DNA of 64,000 nt from positions 447,234 to 511,233 of the IMG/VR virus record IMGVR_UViG_3300046517_002304; one strand, written 5' to 3'. Below the pieces are notes generated by a model. It had not been told where the DNA came from. It saw only the letters and a program-made list of their open reading frames with translations, and did no database searches. Both the position numbers and the translations under genes were made by a program. This document shows, piece after piece, positions 55,688-64,000 of the stretch; the stretch's first letter is position 1, and every line of letters starts with the position of its first letter.

Positions 55688-56266
55688 ATGACAAACGAAC
55701 AAACCAATGCGATCTCGCCAATGAATGCTCAAACGATAACCATAGACAAATCGCCCGTTAAAGAAATTGTCGTGGAAACAAATAAGAGAGTTTTACCTAG
55801 TAAAATCGGCTCGGCGGAGTTTGAAGCGGCTCTTCTGCTGGAGTTCACTGGCAAACACGAATGGAGAAGTTCAACAGGACTTGCCAAAAAGCTTGGCGTA
55901 GACGCAAAAGAATTAGAGTCTTTTCTAGATAAAGATAAGAGATTCGTTCGTTCTGCTGGTGAAGAGGACGGTTCTTGGTTTTACGCCGTAAAAAAGAGAC
56001 TTGACACTGGCACCGAAACCTGCTCTAATAAGACAAAGGTAAAGACGAAAATTACCCTCAGTCCTGAAGATCGCTACGCATTAGGACAACTCAATCTTTT
56101 GTCAGTAGTTTTAGACAAGGTTCTTGACAACTATGCGTTGCGAGTAATGGAACAAAGCGAAGAAGCATTATCCCACCTAACAAGAGCGTTAAAGCATTTA
56201 AAAGCTGGCACCGCTCTGTACGCCACCGAAACTAAAGCCAATCCCGAACACCTTATTACCCTTTAA
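55688..56266 (+). CDS. Hypothetical protein with probable winged-helix domain
   Basis: WRSSTGLAKKLGVDAKELESFL. Confidence 0.55.
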   Translation: MTNEQTNAISPMNAQTITIDKSPVKEIVVETNKRVLPSKIGSAEFEAALLLEFTGKHEWRSSTGLAKKLGVDAKELESFLDKDKRFVRSAGEEDGSWFYAVKKRLDTGTETCSNKTKVKTKITLSPEDRYALGQLNLLSVVLDKVLDNYALRVMEQSEEALSHLTRALKHLKAGTALYATETKANPEHLITL

Positions 56267-56272
56267 TTAATC

Positions 56273-56563
56273 ATGCCAATATACGATCTAAGATGTAAAA
56301 AATGTGGAATAGAGTTTGAAGAATTATGCAAACTAGATGATGTTATCACTTGTTTATGCGGAAGTACTGAAACGGAAAAATTAATCTCAGGTTTTGCCGT
56401 TACCTTTACAAATCCTATCGGAACAAGTAAAATGGATTCGTTCGGGTATCGTGCCGGTCACAACATGGAAAAAGCGAAAGCGGAAAGACGACACGCCCAA
56501 AAATTAGACCCAAAGGGCGGAAGCGTTTACAAAGAAACTAAACTCCCTCGCACCGAAATCTAA
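56273..56563 (+). CDS. FmdB-family zinc ribbon protein
   Basis: MPIYDLRCKKCG.EFE...C.CGS..TEKLIS. Confidence 0.88.
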   Translation: MPIYDLRCKKCGIEFEELCKLDDVITCLCGSTETEKLISGFAVTFTNPIGTSKMDSFGYRAGHNMEKAKAERRHAQKLDPKGGSVYKETKLPRTEI

Positions 56564-56594
56564 GAAACAAATCCCCTGACAAAACGGAGATAGC

Positions 56595-58673
56595 ATGACA
56601 GTCAGTCCACTCAAGAGTCGGTTTGACAATCTGGCGGAAAAGTTCCCCAAAAAGGAATTTGACACCCTTCACGAAACGATGACGTTTAGTGAATACTATG
56701 ATCTGGTTCACAAGAACCCTGCCTTGGCAAGAACCTCGCACCAACGCATATACGATATGATTTTGGTCAAGGGCACCGAAACAATCAAGCGATGCAACAA
56801 GACGGTGACCATTTACAAGTTCTTCAATGATTCACAGTTTCCTATCTTCGGACTGGAAAACACTCTTGAAGAACTTGTGCGGGTCTTCCGTTCGGCTGCC
56901 GGGTTTTACGGAACCGAAAAACGAATTATTCTTCTTCACGGACCTGTGGGTAGTTCAAAGTCAACTATCTGCCGCCTGATTAAGAAAGAGCTTGAGGCGT
57001 CCTCCAAGACTGACGCTGGAGCACTTTATAGCTTTTCTTGGAAGGATCTTCCTCCCGATCTGGAATCGGAAAGCTGTATCAACTGCCCCATGCACGAAGA
57101 CCCACTGAATTTAATTCCTAAATTCATGCGTGCCGACTTGGAGAAGGAACTCAACGAAATTCACCAGGAGCAGTATCGTGCTCGCTTCCCTGGCGAAACC
57201 CCATACCCCATCCGCATTCGCGGTGAACTTGATCCGCAGTGCCGATTCTTCATGGAGCACTTGCTCAAGCAAGAAAAGGGCGACCTGAAAGCGGTTCTAG
57301 ACAAGTACATTGAAGTACGCCGAATCTGCTTCTCTGAAGCTGACCGTTGTGGTATCGGCACCTTCCAGCCGAAAGATGAAAAGAATCAGGACTCAACCGA
57401 ACTTACTGGAGATATTAACTTCCGTAAGCTTGGCGAACTCGGCAAGGATTCTGACCCCAGAGCGTTCAGCTTTGACGGTGAATTCAATATCGCCAATCGC
57501 GGTGTGATTGAATTTATCGAAGTGCTGAAGCTTGACAAGGCGTTCCTGTATGACCTGCTCGGTGCTGCTCAGGAACAGCAGATTAAGCCTAAGAAGTTTG
57601 CACAAACTTCTATTGACTTGGCAATCATCGGGCATACGAATAATCCTGAATTCCAAAAGCTTCAGGCAGACCGAACGATGGAAGCTATCAAGGATAGAAC
57701 CATCAAGATTGACGTTCCTTATCTGCTTGAAGTAAGCAAGGAACTGATGGTCCTCCTGCAAGATTACGGGAACGGCAAGGTGCCTCAGCACATCGCTCCC
57801 CATACTTTGGAAGTAGCCGCACTTTGGGCGGTTTGCACTCGCCTCAAAGACCCTCAGGACAAGAGTTGCTCGCTGATTGAAAAGGCCAAACTCTACGACG
57901 GGAAGATCCTGCCTGGATGGACCGAAGACAGAGTGAAGGAACTGCGGTTGACGGGTGGCGAAGGAATTGAAAAGGGCATGTCGGTGCGATATACCCAAAA
58001 TAAGATTTCCAACGCCCTTGTTAATAACAAACAATACATCAATCCATTCATTGTCTTGAACGAAATCCAGAATGGATTAGACAAGACTCCGCTGATTGAT
58101 GACAAGAAGGACTTGGAATACTATCTGACCTGCATCACCCATGTGAGAAATGAATTAAACAACATTCTCAAGAAGGAAGTGCAGGAAGCAATCTCTCTTG
58201 ACGGAAATCAGATGGAACGGCTCTGCCAAAAGTATATGAATAACGTTGTCGCCCACATTGAAGGGACAAAGATAACGGACCCGTATACCAACGAAGAGCA
58301 AGACCCAGACGAACCGTTGATGCGAGCGATTGAGGAAAAGATTGACATTCCCGAACCTCTTGCGGATGACTTCCGACGCTCTCTCGCTGGCTTCGCTGGT
58401 GGACTGGCGATGAAAGATAAGAAGTTTGAGTGGGATAGCAATCCCAAACTCAAGAAGGGTCTTGAGAAATACATGTTTGAAATCAGCAAGGATACCATCA
58501 ACATTGCCAAGCTGAACAATGGTGGACAAGTTGTCGGCCACGATCAGCAGGAAAAGATTGACACTATCCGTGGGCGACTCATTGAGCGCTTCGGATACAA
58601 CGAACAGTCGGCAACCGATGTGATGAACTACGTCAGCCAACTCTTTGCCCGAGGCGACATCGCCGAAGAGTAA
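56595..58673 (+). CDS. prkA: PrkA/YeaG AAA+ serine protein kinase
   Basis: LHGPVGSSKST, CPMHEDPL, GIGTFQPKDEKNQD, DPRAFSFDGE...ANRG..EF.E. Confidence 0.97.
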   Translation: MTVSPLKSRFDNLAEKFPKKEFDTLHETMTFSEYYDLVHKNPALARTSHQRIYDMILVKGTETIKRCNKTVTIYKFFNDSQFPIFGLENTLEELVRVFRSAAGFYGTEKRIILLHGPVGSSKSTICRLIKKELEASSKTDAGALYSFSWKDLPPDLESESCINCPMHEDPLNLIPKFMRADLEKELNEIHQEQYRARFPGETPYPIRIRGELDPQCRFFMEHLLKQEKGDLKAVLDKYIEVRRICFSEADRCGIGTFQPKDEKNQDSTELTGDINFRKLGELGKDSDPRAFSFDGEFNIANRGVIEFIEVLKLDKAFLYDLLGAAQEQQIKPKKFAQTSIDLAIIGHTNNPEFQKLQADRTMEAIKDRTIKIDVPYLLEVSKELMVLLQDYGNGKVPQHIAPHTLEVAALWAVCTRLKDPQDKSCSLIEKAKLYDGKILPGWTEDRVKELRLTGGEGIEKGMSVRYTQNKISNALVNNKQYINPFIVLNEIQNGLDKTPLIDDKKDLEYYLTCITHVRNELNNILKKEVQEAISLDGNQMERLCQKYMNNVVAHIEGTKITDPYTNEEQDPDEPLMRAIEEKIDIPEPLADDFRRSLAGFAGGLAMKDKKFEWDSNPKLKKGLEKYMFEISKDTINIAKLNNGGQVVGHDQQEKIDTIRGRLIERFGYNEQSATDVMNYVSQLFARGDIAEE

Positions 58674-58707
58674 TCTGACTTGTGTCCTTGGTAGAGAATT
58701 TTATAAA

Positions 58708-58747
58708 CGCCTAGTAGGTAAAACTTCACTGTGATACCTACTAGGCG
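58708..58747 (+). terminator. Intergenic hairpin (attenuator or mRNA stabiliser) between prkA and yeaH
   Basis: CGCCTAGTAGGTA / TACCTACTAGGCG 13-bp stem. Confidence 0.65.
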
Positions 58748-58786
58748 AATTATTTTAAATACAAACATCAAAATAAGGAATCAATC

Positions 58787-60016
58787 ATGCCTAACGGTAT
58801 TCAAGAAGACTTTGATGATTTCCAGCAAATCATCGGTGGCAAGAAGCGAGAAGAACTTAAGCGACATATCCAAACTGGAGAAATCTTTGGGCAAAGACCA
58901 AACGGTCGCGGTGCTCTCAGTATTCCCATCAAAAGAATTGAACTTCCTTATATAACTCACGGTGAAGAAAAAGACGGTGTAGGAAGTGGTCCCGGCAAAC
59001 CTGGCGATGTCATCGGCAAAAAGCCAGGCAAGGGCGACGGCAAGGGTGGACACAAGCCCGGCACAAATCCTGGCGAAGGAATGTTGGTTGACGTTGACAT
59101 GGAAGAAATCTGGAAGGAACTTCAGGAAGAATTGAAGCTTCCTAATATGCAGCCGAAGGATACACCTACGTGGGAAGATATAGAAGTTAAGTATAACGGC
59201 ATTTCCCGACTTGGCCCCAGATCGCTTCTGCATCCGAGAAGAACATTCAAGGAATGTCTGAAGCGCGAAATCGCCCAGACTGGTGGAAAATTAGAAAAGA
59301 AAATAGTGCCTGGGTGTAATCGCCCCGTCACGGTTTTCCATCCAATCAAGGACGATTTCAGATACCGTCAGTATAATGAAATTAAGAAACCGTCATCCAA
59401 TGCCGCCATCTTCTTCGTAAGAGACGGCTCTGGCTCCATGGACGATAATAAGTGCGAAATAGTAAGCGATGTATCTTTCTGGATTGATGCTTGGATCAGA
59501 AGGTTCTACAAAACCACCAAGAAGATTTATGTCTGGCACGATACTGAAGCGAAAGAACTCAGTGAGAAAAAGTTCTATAACCTCAGGTACGGTGGCGGAA
59601 CATACGCAACATCTGCAATGGAATTCGTTGAGAGACAGCTTTATCACAGAGTACCTCCCCAGAAGTGGAACATCTACGTATTCTACTTCGGCGACGGTGA
59701 AACTTTCGGTAGAGACAACGACGCCTTTGTTGAATTGCTAAAAACTAAACTCGGGCCTCAGGCCATTAACCTGACTGGTGTTGTCCAGATTCTCAGTTAT
59801 TCTTATACAGGAACTTTGAAACATTCTATTGACTTGGCTCTGGAATCTGGTAAACTGGATAAGAAGTTTGTGAGAACTGTTTCTGTGGGCGATGAAAAAG
59901 ATCACGGATACGGCAGCTACCAAACTATGACTCCGGAACAAAAAGGACAGGCTGTTAAAAAGGCTATATCGGCTTTGCTTGGAGCAAAGGCAACAGAAAC
60001 TACGGCCAAAGCTTAA
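58787..60016 (+). CDS. yeaH: YeaH/YhbH (DUF444) vWA-like protein
   Basis: Gly-rich GxGxG tract, L.LPN..PK, DDFRYR, RDGSGSMD, GGT, WNIY.FYFGDGE. Confidence 0.93.
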   Translation: MPNGIQEDFDDFQQIIGGKKREELKRHIQTGEIFGQRPNGRGALSIPIKRIELPYITHGEEKDGVGSGPGKPGDVIGKKPGKGDGKGGHKPGTNPGEGMLVDVDMEEIWKELQEELKLPNMQPKDTPTWEDIEVKYNGISRLGPRSLLHPRRTFKECLKREIAQTGGKLEKKIVPGCNRPVTVFHPIKDDFRYRQYNEIKKPSSNAAIFFVRDGSGSMDDNKCEIVSDVSFWIDAWIRRFYKTTKKIYVWHDTEAKELSEKKFYNLRYGGGTYATSAMEFVERQLYHRVPPQKWNIYVFYFGDGETFGRDNDAFVELLKTKLGPQAINLTGVVQILSYSYTGTLKHSIDLALESGKLDKKFVRTVSVGDEKDHGYGSYQTMTPEQKGQAVKKAISALLGAKATETTAKA

Positions 60017-60064
60017 TTTTAAATTTTATCAGTAAAAATCAAGCTTTCACAAGAAAGAAATAAA

Positions 60065-61630
60065 ATGCACGTTGCACCGATGCTTTCTGGCGACAACACA
60101 ATTCCGGGAGAACTCATTCCTCCCGATGTTCAAAAAAGAATCCCCGAAATTTTTGACGCTTGCGCAAAATTCGGATTAGACTATCCGCCGACAGTCGTTG
60201 AATTCCTTGACTGGGATACGATGGCCGAAATCTGTTCTTACGGCGGATTTCCCAGCCGATACCCTCACTGGAAGTGGGGTATGGAATGGGCAGATTTCCG
60301 AAAGAATTATCTCGCTGGAAGAATGCGAGTTTATGAAATAGTAATTAATTCAAACCCAGTTGAGCTGTACTGCCTCAACAGCAACACTCACACGGATAAC
60401 GTTACGGTAATTGCTCACGCTCTGGGACATGCTGACTTTTTTAAGAACAATATATTCTTTAAATCTACGAGCCAGAATGCAGTCAATGAACTTGCCTGCC
60501 ATGGTACCAGAATTCGCAAATACCAAAGTCGTAGAGGGCGTGAACAAGTCAGTAAGTTTCTTGATAAGCTGCTGATGATTGAAACCCTCATTGATCCGGC
60601 TGCGGCGTGGGATAAGCCTAAGTGCAAGGATGTTATTGTTTCTGATAAAAGAGACTACAAATATCCAAGGAAGCACAAGATTGCTGATGGGCATGAATAT
60701 ATGCATGACTGGATTAATACTCCAGAGCATATGAAAAAAGAAGAACACAGAATTAAAATGGACGAAATAAAAGCTGAGCTTTCTATTTTCGGACAAGCCA
60801 CCAGAGATATCTTCGGCTTCCTAATGAAGAATGCTCCCCTTAAACCTTGGGAGCAAGATATCATGGCTATGATTTACAGAGAAGGACTTTACTTCTCGCC
60901 TCAGCGCCCCACCAAAGTCAGCAATGAAGGATTCGCCTCTTGGGTTGATTTTAATATTATGGCGAGACTAGGCATGGCCGACTCTTCTGGAATCATGGAT
61001 TACTCTCACCACAAAGCGGGTGTGCTTGGTGGGAAATACTCAATGAATCCATACAAGTTAGGATTTAACATCCTGCTTGACATTGAGGAGCGTTGGAATA
61101 AGGGCCGCTTCGGCGACGACTACGAAAAGTGCGACAGCTACGATGAAAAGAGAAACTGGGACAAAAAACTTGGTCTTGGAAAAGAAAAAGTTTTTGAAGT
61201 CCGCGAATACTACAACGACATGATGCTGATTCATGAGTTCGTCACCGAGGACTTCGTCGCGAAAAATGAGATGTTTGAATGGGCGTTACTGCCTAACGGC
61301 GAATATCAAATTGTTTCTCGCAATGCGAAGGAAATTAAGAAGAAGTTGCTCAGGAAATTCATGAATGGCGGACTTCCAGATATCCACCTTGAAGATCCTA
61401 ACTACAAGGGTAAGAACTACCTGTTGTTGCAACACAACTGGGATGGACGACTTCTTAAAGACAAATGGATAAGAGAAGTCTTGCCGTCTCTCTTCTTCCT
61501 TTGGAAGCGACCCGTATTCCTCGCTACTAGAAACAAAAGCGGCGAAGAAATGGTCTATGTATGCGACAGCGATGATTACAAGAAAGTGCAATACGTCACC
61601 AGGAAAGAACTGGACGCAAGCATACGATGA
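60065..61630 (+). CDS. spoVR: SpoVR/YcgB family protein
   Basis: G.P.RYPHW.WG, YEIVINSNP, AHALGHADFFKNN, YF.PQ..TK..NEG.AS, NPY.LG. Confidence 0.96.
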   Translation: MHVAPMLSGDNTIPGELIPPDVQKRIPEIFDACAKFGLDYPPTVVEFLDWDTMAEICSYGGFPSRYPHWKWGMEWADFRKNYLAGRMRVYEIVINSNPVELYCLNSNTHTDNVTVIAHALGHADFFKNNIFFKSTSQNAVNELACHGTRIRKYQSRRGREQVSKFLDKLLMIETLIDPAAAWDKPKCKDVIVSDKRDYKYPRKHKIADGHEYMHDWINTPEHMKKEEHRIKMDEIKAELSIFGQATRDIFGFLMKNAPLKPWEQDIMAMIYREGLYFSPQRPTKVSNEGFASWVDFNIMARLGMADSSGIMDYSHHKAGVLGGKYSMNPYKLGFNILLDIEERWNKGRFGDDYEKCDSYDEKRNWDKKLGLGKEKVFEVREYYNDMMLIHEFVTEDFVAKNEMFEWALLPNGEYQIVSRNAKEIKKKLLRKFMNGGLPDIHLEDPNYKGKNYLLLQHNWDGRLLKDKWIREVLPSLFFLWKRPVFLATRNKSGEEMVYVCDSDDYKKVQYVTRKELDASIR

Positions 61631-61833
61631 AAAAAGCATTCCTAGATGGCCTGAAGGGCATGTCGTTAAAAACTGCTCAGCAAATATGTCTATCAGAAGG
61701 ATTTGATGTCTACATCATGGAAGATGGACTGCCTCTAGGAATGGCTGCGGTGCCTGATCTAATCGTGCTTTGGCATAAACATGATGTAATTACCGAAGCG
61801 TTTGCAGGCGACCCTTGCCAGATAGAAAATTAA
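61627..61833 (+). CDS. Small hypothetical protein
   Basis: ATGA coupled to spoVR. Confidence 0.55.
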   Translation: MKKAFLDGLKGMSLKTAQQICLSEGFDVYIMEDGLPLGMAAVPDLIVLWHKHDVITEAFAGDPCQIEN

Positions 61834-61845
61834 TAATGAAACTAT

Positions 61846-62793
61846 TTAACCGCCAACTAGTTTCACCCAAATACTAATAGCCTTGCCCAATTTCACATAA
61901 TACTCGTCCATAGTTTTTTGCAATCCATCTGCAATCTCTAGCATGCACTCGCTTGGCGTACTGCCCACCATAGGAATATCATCTATAACTTTCCAAAAAG
62001 TTTCATTCCTCTGAATTCCAGCAGCTTCTTTAATCAAATTAACAAAGCAATTACTTGCTCTTGAGTGATTCACAAAAGGCTCGCCAACGGCCACCAATAA
62101 ATTTAAATGATGGCAAACCTTTAATAAAATTACCCCGCACCAGATATCATCAAACCTTGAGAACATCTGATCTTCTCCCATTAATGGAAAATACATTAAT
62201 GGGAGAATTTCTTTTTTAAAACATAAATTCATTCCGCAAACTGGCATATATTTACCATTAGGGACAATCATAGTTCCATTCGGAACAGAGTCGCACTCAG
62301 GATTTCTCAACCGATTAAGTTCTTGTGGAGCATCATAATCAAGATTATTAATCCATAGGCCCGCATTCAAAACAACATTATTCATCAAACCCAAATTTTG
62401 ATATGGAAATCCCCTGGTCTTAATATTAGGCACTGATTCAATCCACTTAGACTGTTCTGACAACTGCTTAACATGCTTCTTTACGAAATCGTCACCTACC
62501 GGCATGCAATCATCGTCTAAAGTAAAAACGTAGTCCGCGCCAAGTCGCCTCACTGCTGCATAAAATCCAAAATTTCTTACGGCAGAATCTTTCTTGCTAA
62601 TAATCCATGAATTATCTTTAAGTGAATCTTGTATCTCTTGCCAAGAATAATGACAGTCAACATCTATATTAAATGTTTTCTTTGGGCCATCTTCAACAAC
62701 AACAATATAATCCCACTGTTTAAGATCCCATGATCCAAGAAACTTTTTTAAATTACTTTCACGATTAGAAGGAATTACTAGGGCTGTGGTCAT
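61846..62793 (-). CDS. Reversibly glycosylated polypeptide / UDP-arabinopyranose mutase family (GT75)
   Basis: KDSAVRNFG, TLDDDC, RGFPY, GLW...DYDAP, P.CGMNL.F, MYF.LMG, RFDDIWCG, HSRASN.FVNL.KE. Confidence 0.88.
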   Translation of the reverse strand: MTTALVIPSNRESNLKKFLGSWDLKQWDYIVVVEDGPKKTFNIDVDCHYSWQEIQDSLKDNSWIISKKDSAVRNFGFYAAVRRLGADYVFTLDDDCMPVGDDFVKKHVKQLSEQSKWIESVPNIKTRGFPYQNLGLMNNVVLNAGLWINNLDYDAPQELNRLRNPECDSVPNGTMIVPNGKYMPVCGMNLCFKKEILPLMYFPLMGEDQMFSRFDDIWCGVILLKVCHHLNLLVAVGEPFVNHSRASNCFVNLIKEAAGIQRNETFWKVIDDIPMVGSTPSECMLEIADGLQKTMDEYYVKLGKAISIWVKLVGG

Positions 62794-64000
62794 AAAGAAT
62801 TTTATCAATTATATCTGTAGTAGACGGTAAATCAAACTTAGGAGTCAAGATTACGTTATCTTCTCCAACTATAGAGCATCCTACTATTTCACTTTTAGAA
62901 ACATAGTCGCCACCTTTACATATGTAATTTGGGACTATTACTTTAATTATTTGCTCAGGAGTAACCTCGTCAAACGAAACAACAAAATCAATACAATCAA
63001 GCAAAGATAATGTTGTCATCCTATCATTCAATGAAATGACTGGCCTGCTATCGCCCTTGAGCTGTTTAACACTCTTGTCAGAGTTAACCCCTACAACTAG
63101 CTTGCATCGTCTCTTATCCGCTTCACTTTTAGCATACTGTAATTGCTTAATATGAGACGCATGCAACAAATCGTAGCATCCATTCGTAAAAACTAAACCA
63201 AAATCTCTCAGCTTTAAATCTAACGGATTTACTATTTTGCCGGACAAATCGGCAGGACTCACTGGCTGGTTCATACCTTTTTGCACATAAGATGCACCGG
63301 CGTTCCATGCAATTTCAATCGCATCCGGTATTTCAAACCCATGTCCTAAAGACAAGGACATAACCGCAACAAAGGCATCGCCGGCACCTACTGAACTTTT
63401 GGCTTTTACCATACGCTTAGGCTCATAACAAAAATAATCTTTATTATAAACTCCAGAAACGATTCCGCCACTGTGCGTAATTACAACAGACTTACACTGA
63501 AGTATGTTCTGTAAATAAACAGATTGCTCTTTCCAGTTTTTAAGGCCAGTAAATCTTTCGGCCTCAATAGCATTAAGCTTAAACACAGTACAGCCAATCC
63601 ATTTAGATAAATCTCCATCTTTTGGATCTACTATCGTAATATTATTTTTAAATGGCTCAATGTAATTAAAATCAGGCTTAGAAAAAAATCCCTTTGAGTA
63701 GTCTGATAGCACAATTACCGTAGACGCACTACATTTAGTTTTTATATTATTAATAACTTGATTTACCGCATTCTCAATATCACTTTGTGTCGTCCCGTAT
63801 AACGGTGGCTCAATATCATGTCTAATTATCTGAATGCCTTCGCTGGTTAAAAATCGTCTTTTAACAGGCATAGAAAAAAACGACTCATCTGATGGATACA
63901 GACATTCAATCTGATTTTCACGAAACAACCAATTGTACCTCGGGTCGTAAAGACATCCTAGCTTAACCGACGAATTAAAATACTTAAACTGCGCAGCAAC
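62765..64000 (-). CDS. hldE: Bifunctional ADP-heptose synthase HldE (PfkB kinase plus cytidylyltransferase-type domain), 5' truncated by window
   Basis: LSDYSKG, VDPK, VGAGDAF, FTNGCYDLLH..H, GVNSD.SV..LKG..RP, KGGDY; frame stays open to 64000. Confidence 0.93.
   Translation of the reverse strand, partial: VAAQFKYFNSSVKLGCLYDPRYNWLFRENQIECLYPSDESFFSMPVKRRFLTSEGIQIIRHDIEPPLYGTTQSDIENAVNQVINNIKTKCSASTVIVLSDYSKGFFSKPDFNYIEPFKNNITIVDPKDGDLSKWIGCTVFKLNAIEAERFTGLKNWKEQSVYLQNILQCKSVVITHSGGIVSGVYNKDYFCYEPKRMVKAKSSVGAGDAFVAVMSLSLGHGFEIPDAIEIAWNAGASYVQKGMNQPVSPADLSGKIVNPLDLKLRDFGLVFTNGCYDLLHASHIKQLQYAKSEADKRRCKLVVGVNSDKSVKQLKGDSRPVISLNDRMTTLSLLDCIDFVVSFDEVTPEQIIKVIVPNYICKGGDYVSKSEIVGCSIVGEDNVILTPKFDLPSTTDIIDKILYDHSPSNSF

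Noticed and set aside
57161-61639. Long antisense ORFs within prkA/yeaH/spoVR (e.g. 57393..58034, 58155..58640)
   Set aside because: Shadow ORFs caused by codon bias of strongly conserved plus-strand genes; no motifs or RBS
1-64000. CRISPR array, DGR, retron, transposase or integrase
   Set aside because: No regularly spaced nucleotide repeats, reverse transcriptase or recombinase motifs were seen; the repeats present are coding repeats
1-64000. Stop-codon reassignment (alternative genetic code)
   Set aside because: Conserved genes are full length in code 11, and TAA, TAG and TGA all end genes at expected positions
1-64000. Bacterial chromosome origin
   Set aside because: Host-like genes are isolated and divergent, out of their usual operons (infC without rpmI/rplT, dnaJ without dnaK) and mixed with virion genes and phage micro-ORFs. 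A phage origin is still an inference, as no capsid or terminase gene lies in this window.

Overview
This 64 kb window is AT-rich, densely coded, mostly on the minus strand and uses the standard genetic code. It reads as part of a jumbo ('huge') phage genome. The signs are many short hypothetical ORFs, PhoH, a 1645-aa multi-LamG virion protein, a BppU-like protein, an amidoligase, TAAATA late-promoter-like motifs and T4-like 'MKTFQEW' capsid-targeting N-termini; there are no ordinary housekeeping operons. The host is uncertain, with Planctomycetota only a weak guess. Host-takeover genes include a sigma factor, IF-3, bS21, peptide deformylase, DnaJ, ClpP, a DksA/TraR finger, a RelA/SpoT-type synthetase, PspC and a PrkA-YeaH-SpoVR operon. 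A large glycan toolkit is present: several GT2, two GT9-like, HldE, a GT-sulfotransferase fusion, a methyltransferase and a plant-type RGP/GT75 mutase. The most notable observations are: (1) an intein-free split DnaE whose halves lie about 10.6 kb apart on opposite strands and share a duplicated, degenerate palm segment; (2) an unannotated structured ncRNA candidate of about 270 nt with its own promoter and terminator; (3) an IDO plus indolepyruvate-decarboxylase-like pair suggesting tryptophan catabolism; (4) a probably capsid-packaged alarmone synthetase; (5) probable leaderless late transcripts; and (6) several enzyme-fold proteins that have lost their metal ligands. All calls come from motif recognition by eye; no database searches were run.
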